NCBI GenBank assembly: GCA_010909165.1
Contig: VJWM01000226.1
Span: 231,605 to 295,604, forward strand
Direction of reading: 5' to 3'
Source: Anthoceros angustus
Taxonomy: Eukaryota > Plantae > Anthocerotophyta
Length of the DNA stretch: 64,000 nt
Shown here: positions 34,086 through 45,113 of the stretch, piece by piece
Numbering within the stretch: position 1 is the first letter of the stretch
How the letters are laid out: each line of letters opens with the position of its first letter
Notes under the pieces: model-generated
Seen by the model: the letters and a program-made list of their open reading frames with translations, nothing else
Databases searched by the model: none
What the model was told of the DNA's origin: nothing
Translations under genes and position numbers: made by a program

Positions 34086-36940
34086 CAGACAGCGGTGGGG
34101 TGTGTGGCCCTGAGAGCAAGTCCAGGACTTGGCCTATGTTTAGACGTCATGGCACCTTCCTGGAAGGTTCTCTAGAGGATCTTGTAGTTGTTACAGAGCA
34201 GGTGAAGCATAAAGAGAAAGTTCTCTTGGAGGTCTATGAGGAAGTTGACAAGCTGAAAAAAGGGTTGGGCGAACTGGCCTTGAGAAGTATGAGCTGAGAG
34301 CTGCGTCAACCAGTCAAGAAGTGAAGACAACCAAGATTAGTTCTTTGGAGAAAAGGGAGGAGAGCTCAGTGTCTGAACTTGCCACTTGGCAGCAGAAGCT
34401 GCACACGGCTAAGGAGTCTGTGGAGATATGGAGAAAAGCGGTGGCCCAGCATGAGCAAGACATAGCGGCACACCGTGAACTATCTTCCTTGATGAGGCGA
34501 CCAGCAGGGCCTCTTTGGCCACCAGCTTGGATTGAAGCCCCGCTTGACTGTAGAGGTCCTGGGGAGTTGAAGCTGAATGCTTGTCCCTTATGTACCAGGT
34601 ATGTTGCGTGATGAAGTTTGGCTGTCACCTCTTTCTTATCAATGGTCTGAATCCTAATTTTGGATAAATGCATAGTACACCATGTGTACAGTGCACTGTG
34701 CAGAGAGACACAGACTGTGCCTGCAGCACATTACTTTGTTGTGCTACCAGTCTTTTATGGTGTCGTACTGTGGTGGTCAGTCCGAATGTGGATGGTGGTG
34801 ATCTGGACCAGTAGCTATCGTGTTCTATGATAGTGCAATCTGTTCAAGTGGATGGTGCTGTTGTGGGCCACTAGCTGTCGTGTTCTGTGATAGTGCAGTG
34901 TGCTCCAAGTGAGGTGGTAGTTATGGTGGTGCACTGATTATGATGCTTTGGAGCACCTTCCACGTGATAGTGATAATTATGGAGCTGCACTGGTTATGGT
35001 GCAGTGGAGCACCTTCCAGCCTTTGTTCAAGTGGAGGCGATGTCATGGTGCCGGTTGTAGTGGTCTAGGTTGAAGTGGATGCTTAATCAAGTGCATGTGG
35101 GTGAAGTAGAAGCTGACCACTTGAAGTGGCCTTGTGCAAGTGGTATGGGGCACATAACTTTTCATTCCTTCCTTGTGGACACTCCTACCACGACTTTTGC
35201 CTCTACCAGCATTTGAGGGAGAGCAGTGCGTGTGCTTTTCGTTCTTGTGGCTTAGAGGTTCCCCGCACATGGTTGATGGCAAAGGGCTGGGCTTCTAGTG
35301 CTACGTGTGTGTCATCTAACATGGTGAGGCGGGAAGCCATGCAGTTGGAGGAGTGGGGTGCTGAATTTTATGACACTATTGTAGTTTTAGGCGGACTAGG
35401 AAGTCGGCTGGAAAGAGTGCAGGGTTCTTTGATGTTGCCAACACCGCCACTGCACATACAGGCGGCATCACCAGGCGGGACAGGTTCTTCCCTACGGTTT
35501 TCGCCATTTCGGCGGCTGGACACACCAGGAACAGGGACACCAAGGGGTGCATGCACGCCAGTATCTCGGATTGCAGATCAGTTGAGCGATCTCACGCGAA
35601 AAGTGGTGGCCAATTTGTGGCACAGAAATCTGACCATGTGTCCAATTAATCAAGAAGTAGTGATGGTGGAGCAGACTCCATCTGATCAAATGATGTATGT
35701 GGGCAACCAAGAAAGGGCCACAGTGGGGGAGACTACGGCAACGCAGTTGCCGGTGAGCCCAGAGGTATTGGCTATTGGCGAGAAGGCGGTGGTGGATATG
35801 ATGGCCGTTTTAGGAGGTATACACCATATGGAGAATCCTGGCAATGATGGAGCATCAGGTGGAACATGTGGGGTGACTGTAAGCAAGGCGCCAACATCCG
35901 GTTGTGCGAAGGAGGAACAACCAACAGCCTGACAATCCAAAGCGGTGGTTGCACTTGAGGGGCCACATGAGCTATCAAACTAGTGGTTGCACTTGAGGGG
36001 GTCACATGAGTCACAACCTCTGGACCTAGCTGCAGGTCCCGTGCATCACAATCTCAGCAATCGGGGACATAATAGTAGTCCCTTCATCTCTTGAGCCCCA
36101 CGCATCTAGGGATGTGTTGCTGAATACCATGCTGCACATTCGCTTGGCATCCATGTGCCAGGTCTGCCTGACCATACACAAGCAGGTTGTGGTGAGGTCG
36201 CACTTGCTGAGCATCCCACATCAGAGCTATCGGCAAGGCTGCAAGCTGCGAACAAGAGTGCTGCTGACCATGAGAAGGCAGCAACTCAGGAGCTATTGCC
36301 ATCTTGTGCTCCCCAGGAGGAAGTTGGTGCACATGTCCATAGTGTGAAGGCTCCCTTCATGCAGCCATTGCTTACCTCTGCCGCTGATGTTGGAGAACCC
36401 ATGCTGGACATTGAAGGATGTAGCGGTGGTGGACATACATTGGACACGAGGGTAGGTCAGCTGCCTTTAACACCGGGTGGAGCAAAGCGCAAATCTGTAG
36501 AGGGAGCTAGGAAGGTACCAGCTGCGAAACAACATAGACAAGAGGAGGAAGAAGAGGCAGAAGATGAAGAGATTGAAGAGGACTACTCGTGCATACAGGG
36601 ACAACTTTGCGGTGTTGGCGAAATGCAAGAAGCGGTGAGCGTTTACATCATCAAATGCAACAAGCGCCTGACAGAATGAAGGTGCAGGTGGTATGAAGAG
36701 CCGGCCCGGAAATGGTTGTTCAGGGGATCTACTATGAGCGTGAAGGGGAACACAAAGGAGTTTACAAACTCAGGAATGACAAGCCTCCTTTGCCAGTTGT
36801 TTTGCACCGTGTATGATTATCCTTTGCAAGGTTTGAATTCAAAGTGCCACCTAGACATAGAAATGCGCTGGAAGAAAGGGAGGTCAACGTTGTTGGTTGG
36901 AGCCCAAAGCGAGAAGCGTCTTGAAGAATGGCGGTTACAG
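32334..36940 (+). pseudogene. Degenerate TE-associated gene(s): basic/IDW-motif ORF, coiled coil, RING finger, acidic tail
   Basis: 32334-32891 MADFEEEPEF...GVSIDWFTY; coiled-coil-like frames at 34150-34500; RING-like ALCKWYGAHNFSFLPCGHSYHDFCLYQHLRESSACAFRSC at about 35126-35250; EEEEAEDEEIEE tail at about 36540. Stops and frameshifts are present. Confidence 0.5.
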
Positions 36941-37714
36941 TGAGAAGCTTGCTGGCATGTGTGGGTTGGTTTCAGCTCCGTATGTTAGTTGATTATGTTG
37001 ACATTTATTGGTTGCTGCTTGTTTCTATTTGCAGAGCAGCAGAAGATGACAACTCCTGTGCGGAGTCTGGTGGCCAATCTTACACTGTAGATGATTGACT
37101 GGCACTGCCTGCCCACACTCCTAGCATGAACAGGCTGAAGAGGAAGAGTGTGGAATACTAGGAGATTGCAGGGTTTTTGCTATGTGTGGGGAGTCAGCGT
37201 TGTGACTCCCTTGTGTGTTTAGTCTTCGTTTGGCTTGGTTTCAGCAGGTCGTGTGTTGGTATTGTGTGCTTACTTGTAGCGGAGCAGACTCTCCGCGATA
37301 AGGCGGGAACTGCGGCAGAATAGCAGACCAAACTGTGAAACTACCAAACTACCAAACAGACTCTTCGTCATTGTTTTTAATATCCACAAGATCCACTCAT
37401 CGCGTACATCGGTTTGTTGCGCTACACACGGTCAACATGGGAATGCTGGTAGTGTGTCAGACCATATATTGGAAATATGATACCGATTATTCTTTGTACG
37501 CTCACCCTATCGATAATGCGACGAAACACCCCTAGTATGGGAACACCCCTAGTATGGGGCATAAAAAGTGAACACCAAGCGGTGCTAGGCCAAACCCGCC
37601 CGCCAACCATGCCCGTGTCAATGGCGACGATGTCTGGATCCTTCCTCAATTACTCCGAGGCCGGACGCTAAGGTTTCTTCCTACAACACCCAAAGCCAGG
37701 TTTGAACAAAGCTC

Positions 37715-38215
37715 TCAACCTGTCACTCCAGAACATGATGAGGAGGTGGGCTCTATGGGGATAGGAGCAGGTCCATGAAGCTGAGCTCTTTCTTCCGCTC
37801 GGATTGTTCTCATCGTTTCGCGCCACTCTGCCAACACCGGGACATAGTAGTCGTGCTTCGCTGTTGCCTTTTGCAATGATGCCCAACATTTCGCCGTATT
37901 TCGTGAAGAGAAGCCGGGGGGAGTTGCCTTCCGAGTCCTCTTGTTTCCTCTACCGGCAAGGTTCTCTTCCCCCAATCCGCCCAACCGTGTTCTTGCCCTA
38001 CCACGTGCGGCGGCCCCTTCCCCAGGCCGCTCGTTCACCACTTCCCGGTGTGCAGCCTCATATCCCTCAGGGGGTGGAAGATCACCTTGAGCTGATGCAA
38101 CTGGAGGCTGTGCCTGTGAACCATCCTCCGCCTCGATCGCAACTTGTAAGTTCCCTGATGTTGACCTAGCATGCGAGGGAGTTAGCGATGCACCGCTGTT
38201 GCTTGCGGAAGCCAT
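37715..38215 (-). other. 166-aa ORF of unknown function (possibly TE cargo)
   Basis: Open frame with plausible composition (MASASNSG...TMRTIRAEERAQL); no recognisable domain. Confidence 0.3.
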
Positions 38216-38629
38216 GAGAGCTTATTTGTCTCTCGTCGCGGTCTGACGAGTGTATCTGAAGGGTCAATAGCGGCGATAGGCACCGCCGTTCTTTGGGAGG
38301 GTGAAGGGTTATCGAGCAAAGTGGTGCCGGAGGAACGCCTGATGGTGGCTCATCCAGGAATAATCGATGATTGAAGCGTTCAATCGCTGGTATGATGCCC
38401 AAACTCGTGTGCATCATTTATTGAAGCTAGATTGTTGTGGTTGTACGTGGGGTATGGCTGTATAATGTGATAGGAGTATAATGTGACCGGACGCAAATGA
38501 CGTGCTCCGCAGAAGACGGGTATCGATCCACCGCATACTGGCCACTGAGGTGGCATGGCCTATAAAGGGCTATCCGTGCAGAAAATGGTGCATATGAAGC
38601 AACAGTGAAACCAGGCAATCAACAACATG

Positions 38630-40825
38630 ATATTTGAAGCGGCTGAATATACATCAAGCGGCTTTTGACGTGAATATACGCGAAACGGGGTTTTCGATGG
38701 GCATTGAAATGTGTATTTGAGCATACCTGGAAGAAGGCACACAATTAGGGTGTCGTGAATTTTATATCTTTAGCGGCTTACAATGGTAGACTAAGGGTTT
38801 GACCTGTGTAGACCATTGTTTTCAATGGAAATGATGCCCATGTCGTTAGTGCATGCCATTCGTTAAACAACGATGAAATGAACACGCGACCATCTGCGGC
38901 ATCGAGGAATGCATACGGCTATTTCTATATGCGTGCTATACATCCAATCCAGACACGGTCGATGTCATTGTGTACAAGAACCGAGGGCGTGAAGACCCTA
39001 AACACACCGTAAGTGACACACCTAGGCGCCGGCATGCCGGTGCCCAAGTCATGCTAGGCTACGTGCATTGGGCGCCGGCATGCCGGCGCCCAAGATTCAT
39101 GGCCTTTGGCAATGACTGCTGGACGTCCAACAAACACCCTCAGAAACTACGAAGCGTAATGGCTTCTCCGGTTGCTCAACATCGGTTAGACACCCTAGGC
39201 TAGTGGCTAAGAAACCACCGAACCGTGATGGCTTCTCCCGGCTATCAAAAACAAGGAGCATGGGGGAGCATAAGGGCATGATGAAGAAGAAGAAGAAAAA
39301 TGAGGGCATGAGGGCGCCGGCATGCCAGCGCCCTCATTTCAAGATATACTTTGTGCTTCCAATTATTTGTATATGGGAAAGTTAATGGAGTGGTAAGCCT
39401 TGCAAGTTGGAGATAAGAGGTCTTGGGTTCAAGTCTTCTTTTAGGGCGCCGGCATGCCGGCGCCCTTTAAAGGTAAACTTTTCATATTGTGTAGGGAATA
39501 GGTAATATGGATTGAAAATGAGAACATAGTTTGTGTTGTAAAAGAAATAGATGATTGGTTTGGTTTAAATTCCTTATTCTAATAATTTGTACACTTGAAT
39601 TGTCCGGCGCCCTAAAAGGTAAACTTTTCATATTGTGTAGGGAATAGGTAATATGGATTGAAAATGAGAGCATAGTTTGTGTTGTAAAAGAAATAGATGA
39701 TTGATTTGGTTTAAATTCCCTTATTCTAATAATTTGTACACTTGAATTGTCCGGCGCCCTAAAAGGTAAACTTTTCATATTGTGTAGGGAATAGGTAATA
39801 TGGATTGAAAATGAGAGCATAGTTTGTGTTGTAAAAGAAATAGATGATTGATTTGGTTTAAATTCCCTTATTCTAATAATTTGTACACTTGAATTGTGTA
39901 GGGAATAGGTAATATGGATTGAAAATGAGAGCATAGTTTGTGTTGTAAAAGAAATAGATGATTGATTTGGTTTAAATTCCCTTATTCTAATAATTTGTAC
40001 ACTTGAACTCAAAATCATGGAAATTATTTTCAAATTTCAACGGTTTTCTAAGCACGCGTTTGAAATTACCCATGCCCTAATATTCATGATCACAAATTTC
40101 ACTTGAATCGAACGGTAAGAGAGACATGGCGCCAAGTTTCTTCCCTATTCTCGAGCTCCGTGTAGGCGACTATCTTTCTGAGGTCATAGCAATTGAATAC
40201 GTTTTTGTATGTTGGACACCATCTTTGTGAGCGACCAAAGTGCGTCGTGATCGGAAGTGTGAAAGGTGGTGTGTTTTTCTCATTCTCTTGCGCAAACAAG
40301 CGATCGTGGCCTAATATATGTAAGTCATAATGTGCATGGGTGCGGGACAAGTGGTTGTAAGCCCTAGTGTTAATGCGACGCTTGGGCACAGCGCTCATAG
40401 AAAACCTATTTAAGGACGCCGGCATGCCGGCGCCCTATGGAGGGAGCATAAGAGCATAGGGTGCTAGCATATTGGCACCTTCATTAGCATGTATTATTTG
40501 CGTATCATAAAGTTTTGTTGTCTGCTAAAGTTGGTAAAGTGGTAAAAAACTCGGCTAAGAATCATAGGTCGCGAGTTCGAGATCCAATTGTAGTTTTTAT
40601 ATTAGTTAAGTTGAGTTTCTTTTAGGGCGCGACATCTTCATACACCTACTTGTAGTGCACCATACAGGCAAAATTTTGTCCAAACGGACCAAACCGCGAC
40701 GAGGCAAGAATAAGACCCAAATGCGTGAGAACATTAAGAATCATGGGTTTTGGGACTGTATAGTGAATCTGAAATTGGTCTGGGGTTTCTGAAAGCGGCT
40801 TCGTATATTCAGCCGCTTCAAATAT
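38630..40825. repeat. Inverted-repeat-bounded module containing GC palindromes, a 146-bp tandem array and tRNA-like boxes
   Basis: ATATTTGAAGCGGCTGAATATAC (38630-38652) is the exact reverse complement of 40803-40825. Palindrome (A)GGGCGCCGGCATGCCGGCGCCC(T) at about 39025, 39070, 39310, 39443 and 40413. Confidence 0.85.
39469..40007 (+). repeat. 146/147-bp AT-rich tandem repeat (3 full + 1 shortened copy)
   Basis: AAAGGTAAACTTTTCATATTG at 39469, 39615 and 39762. The fourth copy starts at TGTGTAGGGAATA (about 39896). Confidence 0.95.
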
Positions 40826-41043
40826 TATCGTGTTAATCGTATCAACAGCGTGCACTCCGCGTGAATGCTTTTACCCAGTTTAGAAACTGCACAAATAGAA
40901 ACCCGAGGTGATGTGGAAGGTAATCTCCCCTGGGTGCGCAACTTCTCCAACTGACAAGCATCGTGTACTGATTACGTCAGATAAGGCACAAACAACAATT
41001 CCTATCTGGGTCTCACCAAAAATTCAAAGAATCTTTTCCCATT

Positions 41044-44000
41044 TCATTCCTCCCCTGCATCAGACTGTCTGTTATGGTCTCTCACCAAATCGTCAAACGT
41101 CTGGACAAGGTCAGGTGGCACACTGTACACCACTGAATCTCCCCTTTGCGTGATAGTGAGGTCAAACTTGCATGTCACCACCTCGGAGAAAGGATGCATG
41201 CCCCAGTCCAGTGTGTCGAAACCGCCTCCCTGTTCATTGTCGTAATACTGACCCAGCACCACTATGTCTCCAGCAATAAACCTATGTCTGCTCCAAGGAC
41301 ATTGTCGCGCTGCAGGAAGGCGGTGTGGTCCTTGCACACACTGGACGAGGTAATAGGTTGCACCCTCATCTGCAACCTCTGCAAACACAAGGAAATTATC
41401 ACCCACTTCCAGCATCTCCGCCATGTTGGTGACATCTTCGGACTCGTCTTCAACATCTGCCTGACATTGCTCGGCCTGCATAGCTTCCACAACCTGGAAG
41501 GTATCTGCTGCCTAAGTTGTCGCCGTGTCTGAACACCTAATTGAATCTCTGAATGTGGACGTATTGTGATGTCTTCCCACAATCCGGCATGTGGTACCGA
41601 TTCACGATCCATGTTTCTTTATGCATGCAGCACAAAAGCATGCCAGGTTGTGCATTCTCAGTTTTGTTGGGTCAGCAGCATCGTAGCCATTAATGCTATG
41701 ACAACTCTTGGAGCCTGGAATGGCATCACAAGCCCATTTTTCCCGGCGGTTGACATCATTGGGCCCAACAAGCCAGAACGTGCGGTGCACTCCGTGCACC
41801 GCACTGGGATACGATGCTGCTGCTCCTCCAGATATTGTGGAGCGAAGAAATGCAACAACGTCTGCAGCATTCTACATTCGCTGTGCTCCAGGCTGAGACT
41901 CTTGCGCACGCAGAGCACGCTTCAAAATGGCTCCAGCTCCATCGTGTTCACCCTTCCCATGGCCACTACCAAAATAGGACCATAACATGTTGCACCCTCC
42001 TGTTATACTTGGATACCTCGCCACATAGTACGATGGTCGGCATGCCTTGAACTGGGACGCTGCGCCATCTGACCATACCCAGTGTTCCCGAGGCCCTAGA
42101 AACCCAGAGTCCTGCATCCACTGCCAATGGAGACCCAAGCAATGCTGCACAAAAAGGGTATCGTGTAGCATGTCGTCACTAACAAAAAAGTGATAATGCT
42201 TGTGGATACCAGCACAAATATTAGCGGATCAACCTCCCGTCCGTCTCAGAAAACAAGGACCAAAATTGTAACTTGGTCGTTATACGGTGCATTGGTGGAT
42301 TTCGCTCGCACACCAAAGGCGTAGTTTTGTGAGAAGTCCAAAAGCGACAACATCTTTGGGAAACAATTGCACAGTGATCGAAATTCCAGGCCACCACCTT
42401 TGCGAAATCATGCAAAATAAAAGCCCGCAACTTGTCTTTCAAGTACAGACCATGTCCATGGTGTGTCTCCATGAAATAACTTAATCGCTTCTTGTCACCA
42501 CCTCCATTTTTCCCCCAATCGAAGCACCTCCGTTCATGGTAACATTCGGCATGACGTCAATCTTTGGTTTCCACAGGACAAAAGCACCTTCGCACTCCAC
42601 GTACATTGCACGAAAGGCAATCCAGTTGTGCCATTCGTAATCCACCTCTTTGTCACAAAGGCTGAGCCAATGCTCTCACCGATGAATAGCTTGATGTAGG
42701 GGCCACGGCGCAGGGCTGGCATCTGCAGGGCGACAAACGCCGCAATCACATGGGCAGCCTCCACAAGGGTGTATTCGAAATGGTATGTCGCAAAGCATTG
42801 GTACATCCTTTAGAAATGCCATTTCCACGTGATACCGCAACAAACATTCCTCTCCGCAAGCTCTTCACAAAATATGGCTTCAACTTCTCAAATGCACTTT
42901 GTCCAATGGATGCCGGATCTTGTCTCGAACCGAAGGAAAAATTCACCGCCATCCACCATGCACTCCAAAACTTGTTGATCAAGCTATCATTGGCCACCAG
43001 TTGTGAACTCCATTATAAGTGCCACCACCACAGCCCAGGAGGCTCCCTATTCACCGATGGCGAACACCACCCTCAACTATGAGGCCCACCACCATGTCGG
43101 GAAAGACCAGCTTCCACTAAGGGAGACTAGAATCTATCGAGGGAGGCCACCATCCACTATGAGGTAGACCACCATCCGCTTTGAGGCTCACCACCATGCA
43201 CTAAGACCCACACCTCCATCCACTATGAGGCAGACCAGCTTCCACTGAGAGGGAGACCAGAATCCTCTATGAGGGAGGCCACCAACCACTTAGAGGCAGA
43301 ACAAAATCCTCTATGAGGTAGACCACCAGCCACTGTGAAGGTCACCACCGTGCACTAAGACCCACACCTCCCTCCACTATGAGGCACACTAGCATCCACT
43401 TTGTGGCAAACCACAATCCACCAAGACAAACACCACAAACCACTAAAAGGGAGACCAACATCCACCAAGAGGGACAGTGCCTTCCACTCAGAGTCACAGT
43501 AAGAGGGTCATCACCAGCCACATGGATGGTGGTGACCACCATACACTAGGACCCACCAGCATCCACTAAAGGCAAACCCCCAACTACATGAACGGCACAC
43601 CATCATCCAGAATGAGGGTGCCCACCATTCACAGATAACCACACCAATGTCCATTGTCCACGAGAAGCAGACCTGTATGGTACTCACAGAGAGCTGGACG
43701 TCGATCCACAATCTACCACACCAGTTGCAAGTGAGGCAGACCACCATGTGCATTCGGGATCAGCAGTACCAACAGTCTAGTTTCCCACAAAGAATTGACC
43801 AAACAACAAAAGGTCGCACACATATGCGGGACAGAGATTTTCCTAGGCTAGTGCCTGCACGCTACCTTCCACCCAGGGTATCCCATCTGGGAAGCAACGT
43901 TGCATGCAGGGAAAGCCTATGAAAATGCCTGTATATGGCAACAGTGCAACAATGGAAGTGCTGAACACCAAAGTACCGGAGTGAAGCAAACAATGTGGCA

Positions 44001-45113
44001 GACAATAAAGCAATAACTAGCAGACGGTTGGCAGTGTCACCTGCGACATGTCCAGGAAATGGACTATGTGTTTCTCAAACGTCTTTGGGGCAATTCTCAT
44101 GCGCTTGGCATCCTTGGTGTTTGAGGAGGGGCGGCTTGCAAGCTCCCAAAATTTCTTTACGGCATCCTGCACTTGTGTGGACAACACATCTGATCGACAG
44201 CGTCCACCCCCCAAAAATGTATGTGGCACAGAATCCTGCACTCGAGATTCACTGTGTGTCAACGCTGAACGGATCACACGCCTGTCCACACCAATGGCAC
44301 GACCAAGGATAGATTGCAAACTGAGGTCCTGTACTTCCCTGGACAAAATTATGTTGAAGAACGTTTTCCTTGCCCGCAAGTGGTCTGTGTGGTGAACATT
44401 CTTCAACTGTGAATGTGCGGCCTTCATGTTCTTCAACAACAAAGACATCAGCTTCATCTCTTTGGGCTCCAGAATGGAAGCCGGCTTGCATGCCTTCAGC
44501 ATGGGCAAGGTCAACAAGTGTTGCAGAATATCGGCTCTACAAGCTGATGTGTATTTTTGGGTCCGCTCTAGGAATACGAGCCCAATCTCTCGAGCTAGTT
44601 GACTTGCCCGGCTTTTCCCACACGTTGATGTGCCGGCAACTGCGGCATCTGCGTCGAGCTCGCCAAGCCCGAACGCGTTCTGATGATGAAGGGCGAGCTG
44701 GCCCATCACCACTGTCCGTAGACAGGGCAGTAGCCCTAGAAGCCATGTCCACGTTGGGTTCAGCGAAAGGAATCCTAGGTGGCCCCCCCCCTCTGGGGTA
44801 CCCAGGGTCTGGACCACGCTCCTCCGATACGGAGGAACCTCCTCCTTCATGTGTTGAAGGAGAACTAGCATCCAAGCCCCCAGCATTTTGCAGACCATCC
44901 ACACGGAGCCTGGCACTTCTTCTAGCCGAGGGTGTGTGCACTTCACCCCCCAAGCAGACACCTCGCTTGCCGGGCAACCCGCCTTGCTAGCAACTCCTCA
45001 GCCCTGGCCTGAATCCTCACCTCAGACGCAATCTTCTCCGCGGCCTTCCTCTGCCTCAATGCCCGACGGTGCGGCCTTCTCCGCGGCCAGCGGCACGGGT
45101 TGTTAGGCGCCAT
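41044..45113 (-). pseudogene. DDD-type DNA transposase pseudogene, Sola2-like
   Basis: Joined minus-strand frames: RSDVLSTQVQDAVKKFWELASRPSSNTKD..R.R...H..HFL (44017-44961), SIGQSAFEKLKPYFVKS..RNVCC.YHVE, LDFSQNYAF (about 42340), SDDMLHDTLFVQHC, WVWSDGAASQFK (42061-42072), WSYFGSGHGKGEHDGAGAILKR (41941-41970), LACFCAAC. Frameshifted; probable intron about 43000-44040. Confidence 0.7.

Noticed and set aside
39386-39435. Functional tRNA genes at 39.4 kb and 40.55 kb
   Set aside because: Only A/B-box-like motifs are present; I could not fold an acceptor stem or anticodon arm, so they are reported as tRNA-like boxes, not tRNAs.
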